From an uncultured Gemmatimonadaceae bacterium (GTDB taxonomy: Bacteria > Gemmatimonadota > Gemmatimonadetes > Gemmatimonadales > Gemmatimonadaceae): 64,000 bases of DNA. The position numbers and the translations under genes are program-made. Below the pieces are notes generated by a model. The model was given only the letters and a program-made list of their open reading frames with translations. It was not told the origin of the DNA and did not search any database. Positions 9,699-19,694 of this stretch are shown piece after piece. The stretch is taken from assembly GCA_963716745.1 (NCBI GenBank), contig OY970320.1, positions 1,184,001-1,248,000 of the forward strand, given 5' to 3'. Each line of letters begins with the position of its first letter. The stretch's first letter is position 1.

Positions 9699-11127
9699 CT
9701 AACGTCCAACGTCTGCCGTTCCGGTTTTCCGCGCCGCCTTGATCTCGTACATCCGCGCGTCCGCGTTCGCGAGCATCGCTTCCGCCGTCACGCCGCTCTC
9801 CGAATAAATGGCCACGCCGACGCTCAGTGTCACACGCGGCTCTTCGACATCGTCGGCCAGCAGCCCGCCGATGCGCGCCGCGACCGCCTGCGCCGCGCGC
9901 TCGTCGGTCTCCGGCAGGATCAGCGCGAACTCATCGCCCCCGTATCGCGCCAGCGTATCGGTGGATCGCGAGGATCCGCGAAGCGCCTCCGCCACACGCA
10001 CCAGCGCCCGGCTGCCCGTCAGAATGCCCGTGCCGATCGTTGATCTTCTTCAGGTCGTCCACATCCGCCATGAGCAGCGCGAATGGCCGACCGGTGCGCT
10101 CGACGCGGCCGATCTCGGCCACGAGGCGCTCGAGCAAGAGACGATAGTTCGCGAGGCCGGTGAGCGGATCCGTCACCGACAGCACTCGCAGCTGTCCTTC
10201 GAGCCGGCTCCGCTCCGCGATCACCGCCGCGAGCGTCAGCGTCGTGACCGCGAACACGCCCGAGTAGGTCTGCAACAAGAGCAGCGACTCATGCTGCGTC
10301 TCGCGCACGAAGGGGCCGTATCCCAGCAACGTGCCCACGACCGCGATACCGGAGAGGATGAGCATACCCGTCGCCGTCTCACGCGAACCGAAGCGGAACG
10401 CCGCCCAAAGTAATGGCGGAAGACAGAGGAATTCGAGCGGATAGTCCTTCACATCGGTGGGGAAGTAACCGCCGAACACCAGAGCGCCAATGCCGATGAG
10501 CGTGATGTACATCGCCGCCGCTTCGCGCGCGCGCGCGGGACTCCACCACGAGCGCGGCCACTTGTTCCAGAGCAGGATCGCCGGTGCGACGACCAGCGCA
10601 CCCACCGCGTCGCCCAGCCACCACGTAGTCCATATGTGGCCGAAATTCGACCATGGCGCGAAGCCGGCCAGCGCGAGACCGGTAATGCCGATCGTCGGAC
10701 TGATGATCGTCGCGACGAGCCCCGCGAACAGGGCGAAGCGAAACACGCCTTCCGGATGCTCGAAGCTGGAGCGCCCGCCGCCGTAGTGGTTCACGAGCCA
10801 TGCCGCCGCAAGCGCTTCGAGCGTGTTGCCCGTGGCGATCCCGAACGAGGTCGCGAGCGATCCTGCGGTGAGCATGTTCACCGCGAATGCGCCGATGAAG
10901 ATCGCCGGCCACGCGTCCGTGCCCAGCAGGAGCACCGCGGCGATCGCAATGCCGGTGGGCGGCCATACCGCGGTGGCGCTGGCATTCACGAAGGCGAGGC
11001 GCAGCCCGAGCTTCGCCGCGATGAAGTAGACCGCGGCGAGCGCCGCGATCGTCGCGAGACGACGCGGCATGTTCCGGGTGGGAGCGGGCATCCGGGCGGG
11101 GGCTGAGGTGATGGGCGGACTCCGCAT
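9699..11127 (-). CDS. MASE1-domain diguanylate cyclase (apparent +1 frameshift near 10024; start uncertain)
   Basis: VWPPTGIAIA and WWLGDAVG (MASE1), TDPLTGLANYR, LKKINDRHGH, then ARYGGDEF in the second frame. Confidence 0.88.
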
Positions 11128-11158
11128 ATTCGACCGCGGGGCCCGCCCTATGGTAACG

Positions 11159-12023
11159 CTAAAAGCGCTGCGCCACACCGACCCCGACCGTCGCCGTCCG
11201 CATCGAGATCACGTTGCCGTCCTCCATGCTCTGTTCATCCTGCGCGAACGACGAAAATCGAAGCGCTCCCGTGATACCAAAGTTCGGCGTGACCGCATAA
11301 CGCGACTCCGCCGTGAATTGCGCGGCCGTCTGCGTGATGGTCACCGTGCCTCCCTCGCTTCGGAGGCTGTTCACCCATGGCAGCCACGCTCCGGTGAGCG
11401 ACAGTCCGATCTGCCAGCGCGCACCGATCGGCGCGCGATAGTCGAGCCCCAGCTCGGGCACCGGCAATTCCTGAGCGTAGAAGTCCTCCTTCGTTTCACG
11501 CGTCGCGCTGCTCGGCGCGAGCGTGCCCTCCAGCACGAACTCGAGGACGACGAAGCTGATGCCGGCGGTGCCGCTGAGCACACCACCGCCAATGCCCGCA
11601 ATGCGCCGCGAACCCGTGATCGTCGCCGCGACGAAATTCGGGAACTCCGTGCTCGTCACGAGGCGGCTCCCCGCCGCGAGCGTGGTGCCGTTGAAGTACA
11701 CATCCTGTGACGGTACGGTCTCGCCCCACAGGGAGACGCTCGTGACCGCGAACGAGATCCGCGTGCGCGCGTCGGGCAGCCAATCGAGTTCGACGGCGGC
11801 GGCCCAGAAGGAGCGAATGGCGAGCGAGTGACGGAAGTCGAGGCGCGTGCCCGCGACTTCGTTCTCGCGCACCTGCACGAATCCCGTCGGCGCGCCCGCC
11901 GCGTACATCGGCCAGGATCTCCCAGCGCTTGCCAGGCACCGAGTCGCTCGCGGTGCGCTGACTGGCGGCCGGCAGCGCGGCCACGGCGATCACGAGGAGA
12001 ACACTAGTCGCCCGGCGGAGCAT
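11159..12023 (-). CDS. Putative outer-membrane beta-barrel protein (apparent +1 frameshift near 11900)
   Basis: Signal peptide in ORF 11496..12023 joins amphipathic beta-strand ORF 11159..11908 ending VGVGVAQRF (terminal Phe). Confidence 0.65.
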
Positions 12024-12564
12024 ACGGCGCCTTGATCCGCACCGGCGCGATCATCTCCCCCCACTGCAGCCTGAGCACCGCCGAATCGCGCACGACCACC
12101 GGGAAGTAATACGTCAACGTCTCGAGGTAGGCGCCCCGCTCCGTGTGCACCGGCACGCGCAGCGCGTCGTTCGATTCGCCGGGATACTGCGTGTGGAAGA
12201 CGTGCGCCTTCCGGCTCAAGATGAATTGCCAGGTCGAACTATCCTGGGGCATGATCCAGATCGAGTACTCGCCTTGCTTCACATCGCGCCCCTCGATCTG
12301 GACGTCGTGGTCGAAGGCAATGCGTGTCGCCGAGTCGGCGCCCGGATGCCGAATGCGGTCGAACTTCACGACCGCGCCGTCGCCGAAGAGCGTGCGACCC
12401 CTCGCGAACGGCCGGCCATACGCGATCTCGATCGTGGTGTACGCGACGGTCTGACCCACGCTGCCGCGTTGGCTCAACGGATATCTCATGCCCTGCGGCG
12501 TGGCGGCGCGCGTGGCATCGAGAAGCGCGAGCGAGATCAGGAGGAGTGACTGTACGAAATTCAT
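12004..12564 (-). CDS. DUF2911 domain secreted protein
   Basis: SQRGSVGQTV..IAYGRPFARGR.LFG..PGADSAT..GEYSIW..LQWG. Confidence 0.85.
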   Translation of the reverse strand: MNFVQSLLLISLALLDATRAATPQGMRYPLSQRGSVGQTVAYTTIEIAYGRPFARGRTLFGDGAVVKFDRIRHPGADSATRIAFDHDVQIEGRDVKQGEYSIWIMPQDSSTWQFILSRKAHVFHTQYPGESNDALRVPVHTERGAYLETLTYYFPVVVRDSAVLRLQWGEMIAPVRIKAPYAPPGD

Positions 12565-12724
12565 GTGCACCGATCCGGAGAGATTGACTGTCCTACGATA
12601 CTACATGCGCGTGGAGTGACTAGTACCAGTGCGACAGCGCCCCGCGGACCCCGAGCGCTCTATGAGGGTATGACAGATTGCAGTCGCATCACATGTTCGA
12701 TCAACCCGAATACTGGAGCTTCCA

Positions 12725-13177
12725 ATGCACAATAGATCGCTTGTCGCGGCCCTCGTGGCCGCGTGCTTCGTTGCGCCCCTCAGCGCGCGCGCGCAATCGT
12801 CGCCGCCCAGCAAGATCACGGTCTGCAAGGACGGCACCACCACGACCTCGGTCGGTGCGGGCACCTGCTCCGGGCATGGAGGGGTGGATAAGGACGCGAC
12901 CAAGTTGAAGAACGCGAAGACCGGCGCCGACAAGGTTGGCGCGGCCACGGAGATCGCGGCGCAGAACACCGGGAAGGCGGTGTCGAAGGGCGCCGAGGAC
13001 GTCGGCAAGACCGCGAAGGGCGCGTCGACGGAAGCGGTCGGCGACCACACGAGCGTTTCGGCGGATGGCGCCACCGCGAAGTGCAAGGACGGCACCTACT
13101 CGCATGCCACGCATGAACAGGGCACGTGTGCGAAGCATGGAGGGGTCGCAGTCTGGATCCACAAGCCGACGCCGTAA
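12725..13177 (+). CDS. Secreted protein with two DUF3761-like Cys/His motifs
   Basis: GGAG RBS, signal peptide, CKDGT..GTCSGHGGV and ATAKCKDGTYS..GTCAKHGGV. Confidence 0.8.
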   Translation: MHNRSLVAALVAACFVAPLSARAQSSPPSKITVCKDGTTTTSVGAGTCSGHGGVDKDATKLKNAKTGADKVGAATEIAAQNTGKAVSKGAEDVGKTAKGASTEAVGDHTSVSADGATAKCKDGTYSHATHEQGTCAKHGGVAVWIHKPTP

Positions 13178-13195
13178 CGAACGACTCACTACGCT

Positions 13196-13359
13196 ACGCG
13201 TGTAGGCTTTCGTACCGCTGAAAAAGCGCGTTTAGCAACTGAGCGTATGGTACCACCCTGCGTACGTGGGACTGCTCCCGCGGTCCCACCAACGCCGAGT
13301 CGTACCATACGCTCAGTTGCTAAACGCGCCGTTCCAGCGGAACGAGGGCCCACACACGC
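13196..13359. repeat. Foldback element family D, copy 1
   Basis: Perfect 28-bp arms GCGCGTTTAGCAACTGAGCGTATGGTAC / GTACCATACGCTCAGTTGCTAAACGCGC plus outer and inner stems. Confidence 0.93.
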
Positions 13360-13442
13360 TGTCCCAGCGGTACCAATCCCCACGTACGCCCTTCGTGAGT
13401 GCGGGAGCGAACCATCCGGGCGCGAAGTTTGTCAAACTCCCG

Positions 13443-15410
13443 ATGCTCTTCCTCGCGTTCCTCCTCGCCGCGGCCCAGGCGCCGCCGATCGTTCCCATCG
13501 CGAAGCTCTTCGGCAACGCCGCGGTCTGGGAAGTGCGCGTTTCGCCCGCGGGCGATCGCATTGCCTATCTCAAAGCGGTGCGCGGGAAGATGAACATCTA
13601 CGTGCGCCCGCTCGCGGGCGGCCCCGACCGCGCGGTCACGCACGATACGGCCGGCGGCATCAATGAATACCGCTGGAGCGCCGACGGCCATCGCCTCATC
13701 TATCTCAAGGACAACGGCGGCGACGAAGGCTATCACCTCTTCGCCGTCGACGCCGACGCTCCCGCCACGCCGCGCGACCTCACGCCCTACCCGCAGATCG
13801 TGACGGAGCTGCTCGCGCTGCCCGCGGCCACGCCGGGCGTCGCGATCGTCACGCTCAACAAGCGCAACCCGCAGCTCGCCGACGCATACCGCCTGGACCT
13901 CGCGACCGGCGCGCTCACCATGGCGGCGCAGAATCCCGGCACCTTCCTCGGCTATCTCGCCGACGGCGCCAACCAGGTGCGCGCCGCGTACTCGGTGGAC
14001 ACCCTCGGCCAGTACCATCTCTGGACGCGCGCGACCGAACGCAATGCGTGGCACGATCTGCAGACGTTCCCGGTGGAGGACAAGGTCACGCCGCTGCGCT
14101 TCCATCCCGACGGGCATCGCATCTACATGCTGAGCAACCACGGCTCCGACCTCATGCGCCTCGTGCTCAAGGATGTCGTGACCGGCGCGGAGCTCGAGAT
14201 CGACCAGGATCCGTTGGGCGAGGCCGACATCGACGCCGCCATCTTCGACCCGGCCAATGGGGAACTGCTCGCCACGCGGTACATCGGCGACACCGTGCGC
14301 TGGTATCCGAAGACGATCGCGACGTGGCGGCTCGTGGCCGCCGCGCGGCTCACTGGGCGCAGCCTGTCCGAGATCGGCGACGGGTCGCGCAACGGCGCGA
14401 AGTGGACGTTCCGCGTCGAGTCGCCCACCGATCCCGGCGCGATCTTCAGCTTCAATGCGAAGAGCGGCCGCGCGCAGGTGCTATTCGAGCTCTTCCCCGA
14501 CCTCAAGGGAACGGCATTCGCGCGCACCGTGCCGGTCAAGTTCAACAGCCGCGACGGGCTCACGCTCCACGGTTATCTCACGCTCCCGCCCGGTCTCGAG
14601 CCGCGCGCGCTGCCGCTGCTCGTCGATGTGCACGGTGGCCCATGGAGCCGCGATGCGCCCGGCTTCGACCCCGAGACGCAGCTGCACGCGAATCGCGGGT
14701 ACGCGGTGCTGCAGGTGAACTACCGCGGGTCCACCGGCTTCGGGAAGAAGTTCGCGCGCGCGGCGCGCCACGAATTCGGCCGCGCGATGCTGAACGATCT
14801 GCTGGACGGTGCGCACTGGACCGTCGTGGCCGGCACGGTGGACCCCAAACGCATCGCGATCACCGGCGGCTCGTATGGCGGCTACGCCGCGCTCGCCGGC
14901 ATCACGTTCGCGCCGGACGCGTTCGTCTGCGCCGCGGAATTCGCGGGGCCAAGCGATCTCATTACCCTCATGGAGTCGTTCCCGCCGTCGTGGGCGCCCT
15001 TCCTGCCGCGCCTTTGGTATCCGATGGCGGGCGATCCGCACCACGCGGACGACAGCGCGATGCTCGTCTCGCGATCGCCGATCCATCACGTGGACTCGGC
15101 GCGCGTGCCACTGCTCATCTTCCAGGGCGTGAACGACCCCCGCGTGACGCAGACGCAGTCCGACCGCATCGCGCTCGCCCTGCATGCGCGCGGCGTCCCG
15201 GTCACGTACCTGCTCGCGTCCAACACCGGCCACAACTTCGGCGACGCCGCGACGTCGCTCGCCGTGAATCGCGCGACGGAGATCTTCTTCGCCCAATGCC
15301 TCGGCGGCCGAGTCGAGGCCGGAGTTGACAGTGCGATCACGAACACGATCGCGATGCTCACCGTGAATCTCGACTCACTCGCGAGCAATAAGGGCGCGTC
15401 TAGGCCTTAG
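13443..15410 (+). CDS. S9 family (prolyl oligopeptidase-like) peptidase
   Basis: Beta-propeller N-terminus, VHGGPW, NYRGSTGFG, GGSYGG, DPRV, GH. Confidence 0.93.
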   Translation: MLFLAFLLAAAQAPPIVPIAKLFGNAAVWEVRVSPAGDRIAYLKAVRGKMNIYVRPLAGGPDRAVTHDTAGGINEYRWSADGHRLIYLKDNGGDEGYHLFAVDADAPATPRDLTPYPQIVTELLALPAATPGVAIVTLNKRNPQLADAYRLDLATGALTMAAQNPGTFLGYLADGANQVRAAYSVDTLGQYHLWTRATERNAWHDLQTFPVEDKVTPLRFHPDGHRIYMLSNHGSDLMRLVLKDVVTGAELEIDQDPLGEADIDAAIFDPANGELLATRYIGDTVRWYPKTIATWRLVAAARLTGRSLSEIGDGSRNGAKWTFRVESPTDPGAIFSFNAKSGRAQVLFELFPDLKGTAFARTVPVKFNSRDGLTLHGYLTLPPGLEPRALPLLVDVHGGPWSRDAPGFDPETQLHANRGYAVLQVNYRGSTGFGKKFARAARHEFGRAMLNDLLDGAHWTVVAGTVDPKRIAITGGSYGGYAALAGITFAPDAFVCAAEFAGPSDLITLMESFPPSWAPFLPRLWYPMAGDPHHADDSAMLVSRSPIHHVDSARVPLLIFQGVNDPRVTQTQSDRIALALHARGVPVTYLLASNTGHNFGDAATSLAVNRATEIFFAQCLGGRVEAGVDSAITNTIAMLTVNLDSLASNKGASRP

Positions 15411-15558
15411 TACCGCTGTAACGGCGCGTCTAGCAACTGAGCGTATGGTACGGCGATTCGTGATTGGGACCGCGGAAGCAGTCCCACGAACGCCGAGCCG
15501 TACCATACGCTCACTTGCTAGACGCGCTTTTTCAGTGGTACCAGGGCCCACACGCGCC
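15393..15558. repeat. Foldback element family D, copy 2 (inverted relative to copy 1)
   Basis: GCGCGTCTAGCAACTGAGCGTATGGTACGGC / GCCGTACCATACGCTCACTTGCTAGACGCGC; centre GGGACCGCGGAAGCAGTCCCA is a near reverse complement of the copy 1 centre. Confidence 0.93.
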
Positions 15559-15568
15559 GTTCAAACGC

Positions 15569-16752
15569 TCATTGAGGATGCGCGTCCCCTCCCGACAGCG
15601 GCCGCAGTCTCACGATCATCCCTCCGTTCGATCCGATCACCCCGATGTACAGCAGTCCATCCGGTCCTTGCTGCACGGCACGCACGCGCCACGTCCTGTC
15701 TTCCATCAGCCGCTCCTCGTGGATCACGCGGTCGCCGTCCACCACGAGTCGCACGAGCCGGCCCCGCACCAGGCCGCCGACAAAGGCGCTGCTCCTCCAT
15801 CCCGGGAACGCATCGCCGGTATAGAAGATGAGCCCAGTGGGCGCGATGTCCGGCACCCAGTAGTAGATCGGTTGCACCATTCCGTTGGCGTGTGTGATCC
15901 CCTTCCCGACGAGTGTGCCGTCGTATTCGATGCCATATCCGATGACCGGCCAGCCGTAGTTCAACCCGCGCTTGATGATGTTCACTTCGTCGCCGCCGCG
16001 GGGGCCGTGCTCGTGCTCCCACAAGGCGCCGGTGAACGGGTTCACGGCGAGACCCACGGGATTGCGCACGCCGTAGGCCCAGATCTCCGGGCGCGCGCCC
16101 TTGCGTCCGACGAACGGATTGTCGCGGGGGACCGTTCCGTCCTCGTTCAGCCGGATGATCTTGCCGAGGTCGGAGGCGAGATCCTGCGCCACCGCGGGGG
16201 TATTCCGCTGGCCGACGGTGATGAATAGGTAGCCGCCGCGGAGCACGAGGCGCGAGCCGAATTCGTTGCTGTTCTTCAATCGCGGCTGCGCGACGAAGAT
16301 GGTCTGGCGGTCGACGAGGGCTGCGCCGCGCAGGTGCGCACGGATCACGACGAGCCCCATGCTCGCCGAGTCCTCGCTCGCGTAGGCGAGGTAGATCCAG
16401 CCGTTCTTGGCGAAGGCCGGGTGAACGACGACCTCGAGCAAGCCGCCATCCACTTTTCCGTGCACCGGCGGCACGCCGCTCACCACCGTCTTCGCACCCG
16501 TGTTCACGTCTACGATGCTGAGTTCGCCGGTGGGACGGTCGGCGGCGAGCATGCGCCCGTCGGGAAGGAAAGCGAAGCTCACCGGCGCGATCAGCCCGCT
16601 CACGACCACTTCGGCGATGAAGCGGGCATTCTGGCTCTCGTACGTCCAACTGCTCGCAGTGGAATCCGAAGCTTTGGATTGACCCGCGAGCGGCGCGGCG
16701 ACCAAGCAGCCCCGTGAACGCAATGAATGCTTTCGATGGCCGAACTATTCAC
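15569..16752 (-). CDS. PQQ-dependent sugar (glucose/sorbosone) dehydrogenase; 5' end probably disturbed by indels
   Basis: FLPDGRML, GGLLEVVVHPAF, GKIIRLNEDGTVPRDNPF, YGVRNP, EHGPRGGDEVN, NYGWP. Confidence 0.9.
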
Positions 16753-16795
16753 CGGACCCGAGGGCGCGTCTAGGCCCTACTAGCGAAAAACAAAC

Positions 16796-16871
16796 TTGAC
16801 AGGATCGACAGGATTGACACTGATGGAACGGCTCACGCGGCCCATCATCTCAATCCTGTCAATCCTGTCAG
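16796..16871. repeat. Foldback element built of 9-nt units (GACAGGATT) (element G)
   Basis: TGACAGGATCGACAGGATTGA..TGATGG / CCATCA..TCAATCCTGTCAATCCTGTCA. Confidence 0.88.
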
Positions 16872-16901
16872 GTAGTTCTGTTGTTGAACTGCCGAGTCAG
16901 G

Positions 16902-17447
16902 TTACGCCGCGACAGCCGCCTTCTGCCGCACCGCCTCGAACTCGAGATCGATGTCGATCGTGTCTCCCACGGCGAAGCCGCCCGCCTCGAGCAGCATGTT
17001 CCAGTGGAGCCCGAACTCCTTGCGGTCGATCTGCGTCTTGGCCGAGAAGCCGGCGCGGTCGTTGCCTTGCATATCCACGATCATCCCCTCGAGCTCGGCA
17101 TCGAGCACCACCGGGCGCGTGGTGCCGCGGATCGTGAGCTCGCCGACGACCCGGTAGCCATCGCCGTGGCGGTCGATGCGCGAGCTCCGGAAGGTCATCA
17201 CTGGGAAGTTCGCGGCATCGAAGAAATCGGGCGACTTGAGGTGCGCGTCGCGCTGCGGCTCGTTGGTGTTGATGCTGTTGACGTCGATCTCCACCTCGGC
17301 GCGGGACTGGGCCGGATCCTGTTCATTGAACTCGAACATCCCCGTCCACTTGGTGAAGTGCCCGCGCACCTTGGAGACCATCATGTGGCGGACGCTGAAC
17401 CCGATGTTCGCGTGCGCCGTGTCGAATTGCCATTGCGTGTTGGACAT
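16902..17447 (-). CDS. YceI family protein
   Basis: WQFDTAH..FSVRHMMVSKVRGHF, RDAHLKSPDFFD, GELTIRG, IDRKEFGL. Confidence 0.95.
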   Translation of the reverse strand: MSNTQWQFDTAHANIGFSVRHMMVSKVRGHFTKWTGMFEFNEQDPAQSRAEVEIDVNSINTNEPQRDAHLKSPDFFDAANFPVMTFRSSRIDRHGDGYRVVGELTIRGTTRPVVLDAELEGMIVDMQGNDRAGFSAKTQIDRKEFGLHWNMLLEAGGFAVGDTIDIDLEFEAVRQKAAVAA

Positions 17448-17468
17448 TGGAACTATCTCCTTGTTTGA

Positions 17469-17488
17469 ATATCTGGATATTGGAATAT
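17469..17488. promoter_or_regulatory. Putative ArsR-type operator upstream of the YceI gene
   Basis: ATAT-CTGG-ATAT-TGGA-ATAT in GC-rich context. Confidence 0.6.
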
Positions 17489-17535
17489 ATCGAACAGCCG
17501 CATGCAGCCGGCCTCATCGTTGCCGTGCGTGGGGA

Positions 17536-17877
17536 TCAGCGGCGGCGCGCGCTCCGCGCCGGGGTCTTCCGCGTCCGGGCCGCCGCCCGCGGCACCGCCG
17601 GCGCCAGCCGGTCGGGCAGCGCTCCGACCAGCGCCGCCACCAGCGGCCGGTTCACGACGATCAGCCCGTGCTGGGCCTCGCGGCGCATGAGCAGCACGCC
17701 GGAATCGACGAGCAGCTTCAGGTGATGCGAGATCGTGGGCTGCGCGAGGGGGAACCGCTCCCCCAACTCCCCGCACGACAACTCCCCCGCCGCCGCCACT
17801 TCCCGCACCATCTGGAAACGCGTCGGATGGCCGATGGCCTTGAGGGCTCTCACCGCTTCGGCGTCTGTCATATTCAT
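17536..17877 (-). CDS. ArsR/SmtB family transcriptional regulator
   Basis: LKAIGHPTRFQM..ELSCGEL..AQPTISHHLKLL..GVL. Confidence 0.92.
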   Translation of the reverse strand: MNMTDAEAVRALKAIGHPTRFQMVREVAAAGELSCGELGERFPLAQPTISHHLKLLVDSGVLLMRREAQHGLIVVNRPLVAALVGALPDRLAPAVPRAAARTRKTPARSARRR

Positions 17878-17889
17878 ATATTTAAATAT
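17870..17889. promoter_or_regulatory. Putative autoregulatory operator overlapping the ArsR start
   Basis: ATAT-TCAT-ATAT-TTAA-ATAT, same architecture as 17469-17488; TTGACT on the minus strand at 17906-17901. Confidence 0.6.
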
Positions 17890-17913
17890 AACGGTGGAAA
17901 AGTCAAGGGGGTC

Positions 17914-17976
17914 TCGTGCATCGTGCCTCGTGCTTCGTGCATCGCCACGGCCGTTCCGATGCACGATGCGCGATGC
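17914..17976. repeat. Short foldback of TCGTGCN heptamers
   Basis: TCGTGCA TCGTGCC TCGTGCT TCGTGCA TCG ... CGATGCA CGATGCG CGATGC; related remnant at ~26797-26850. Confidence 0.75.
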
Positions 17977-18027
17977 CCCTCCTTCCCCGCGCCCCCGGCC
18001 CTCCCCATACTAGACCCCCCGGAGGCC

Positions 18028-18915
18028 ATGACCATGTCCATGCACACTGAGCCACCCACCGCCGACACCCTCAAGCGCAAACCGCGCGAAGACGAGATCG
18101 ACTTCTTCGGACTCACCCACCGCGGCAGAGTCCGCAAGAACAACAACGATCACTTCCTCCTCGCCTCCCTGCACAAACGCATGGAGGTCCGCCTCACCAG
18201 CCTCCCCGGCCTCGAACAATCCCTCGTCAGCGACCAGCGGCTCGCCTTCATCGGCATGGTCGCCGATGGCGTCGGCGGCACCGAAGGCGGCGAAGAGGCC
18301 AGCCGAACCGCGCTCGCGAACGTCACCGAGTTCCTCGCCACCAGCCTCCAGGCCTACTACAGCAGCCCCGACGCGCGAGAAGAAGCCTTCCGCGGTACGC
18401 TCCAGAAGGCCGCCACCGAGTCGCACAACACCGTGCTCAAGCGCGCGCAGGAACTCTCGGACGCCCGCAAGCGCGCCACCACGCTCACGCTCTGGATGGG
18501 TGTGTGGCCCTACGCCTACGTCCTCCAGGTGGGCGACTCCCGCTACTATATCTACCGCGACGACGTACTCACCCAGGTCACGCGCGACCAGACCTACGCC
18601 GAGGATCTCGTGGATGCCGGCGCGATCAGCCGCGACCAGGCCAAGGATTCCCCGCTCAAGAACGTCCTCTCCAGCGCCATCGGCGGCAAGGAGAATCTCC
18701 CGGTGGTGACCCGCCTCACATCACACTGGGACAACATCCATCTGATGTGCAGCGACGGTCTCACGAAGCACGTGAGCGATGACCGGATCAAATCGCGCCT
18801 CCGAAGCATGGTCTCGGCGCGCGAGACGGCCGAGTTGCTGCTCCAGGACGCGCTGGACGACGGCGGAACCGACAACATCACGATCATCGTGGGCCGGGCG
18901 ATCAAGAAGGACTGA
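18028..18915 (+). CDS. PP2C family Ser/Thr phosphatase
   Basis: GGAGG RBS; THRGRVRKNNND, VADGVGG, QVGDSR, CSDGL, GGTDNIT. Confidence 0.92.
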   Translation: MTMSMHTEPPTADTLKRKPREDEIDFFGLTHRGRVRKNNNDHFLLASLHKRMEVRLTSLPGLEQSLVSDQRLAFIGMVADGVGGTEGGEEASRTALANVTEFLATSLQAYYSSPDAREEAFRGTLQKAATESHNTVLKRAQELSDARKRATTLTLWMGVWPYAYVLQVGDSRYYIYRDDVLTQVTRDQTYAEDLVDAGAISRDQAKDSPLKNVLSSAIGGKENLPVVTRLTSHWDNIHLMCSDGLTKHVSDDRIKSRLRSMVSARETAELLLQDALDDGGTDNITIIVGRAIKKD

Positions 18916-19034
18916 ACTTCGGGCGACCGGCCGCGCCTACTCGCACGCGGCCGCGCGGCGCGATATAATAACCCCCCACGCAAGTTCAGCCCCTGGGAGT
19001 CGCCACAATGTCGTCCCGTTCGGGTTTGCGATCC

Positions 19035-19694
19035 ATGCGCTCCTCACGCACCGCGGCCCTGGCCATCGCCGCGCTCGCGGGCCTTGCCGGTCGTGCGGCC
19101 GCACAAGCGCCCTCGTCGCCAAGCACCGTGGTGCAGGAGTCCTTCGCCGCGCTCGCCGCGAAGAATTGGGACGCCGTCGCAGCCCTCGCGTCGCCGCAGT
19201 TCCTCGAGCAGTTCCGGGCGAAGCAACTCTTCTATGCCGAAGAGGATGAGCGTCAGAAGCTCGAGAAGAAGAAGAATCCCGAGAGCTACGGCATGCCCAA
19301 GTGCGTGCAGAAGTACTTCGAATCGCAGGAAGGCAATTTCAGCAAGCGATTCCTCGAGAATTTCTACCACGTGGACAACCTGCTGCAGCTCGAGGTGCTG
19401 ACGCCCGCGCAATTCTTTGCCGCGTGGCTCTCCGGCACCCGCAATCTCAAGCAGTCCGATGAGGCGGCCGGCCCCCGCATCGTCGTCCCGACGCGTACGA
19501 TCGTCGGCGAGCTGGTGGAAGGCGATTCGGTGGCGCACGTGCTCTACCGCCGCACCCCGAACACTCCGGGCGACTCCGATCAGGGCATCAAGATCATCAC
19601 CCTCCGGCGCTACAATGGCGTCTGGAAGACCTACCCCAACGACGACATGATCCTCGCGGGGCGCAGCTTCGCGTGGTGGTCGAACGCGAAATGA
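19035..19694 (+). CDS. Secreted hypothetical protein
   Basis: Signal peptide ending AAAQA, coding-like codon usage, stop overlaps purE start (ATGA). Confidence 0.7.
   Translation: MRSSRTAALAIAALAGLAGRAAAQAPSSPSTVVQESFAALAAKNWDAVAALASPQFLEQFRAKQLFYAEEDERQKLEKKKNPESYGMPKCVQKYFESQEGNFSKRFLENFYHVDNLLQLEVLTPAQFFAAWLSGTRNLKQSDEAAGPRIVVPTRTIVGELVEGDSVAHVLYRRTPNTPGDSDQGIKIITLRRYNGVWKTYPNDDMILAGRSFAWWSNAK

Noticed and set aside
12665..12682. Possible sigma54 promoter before the DUF3761-like gene
   Set aside because: GG-to-GC spacing is 11 rather than the required 10
13247..13442. ORFs or N-terminal extensions starting inside foldback elements (13247, 13266, 15445, 28369, 29160, 42229)
   Set aside because: Translations of repeat DNA; real starts lie downstream with a signal peptide or RBS
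8233..17900. Genomic island integrated at tRNA-Asn
   Set aside because: Accessory-looking genes follow, but no integrase, no duplicated tRNA 3' end and no obvious composition shift
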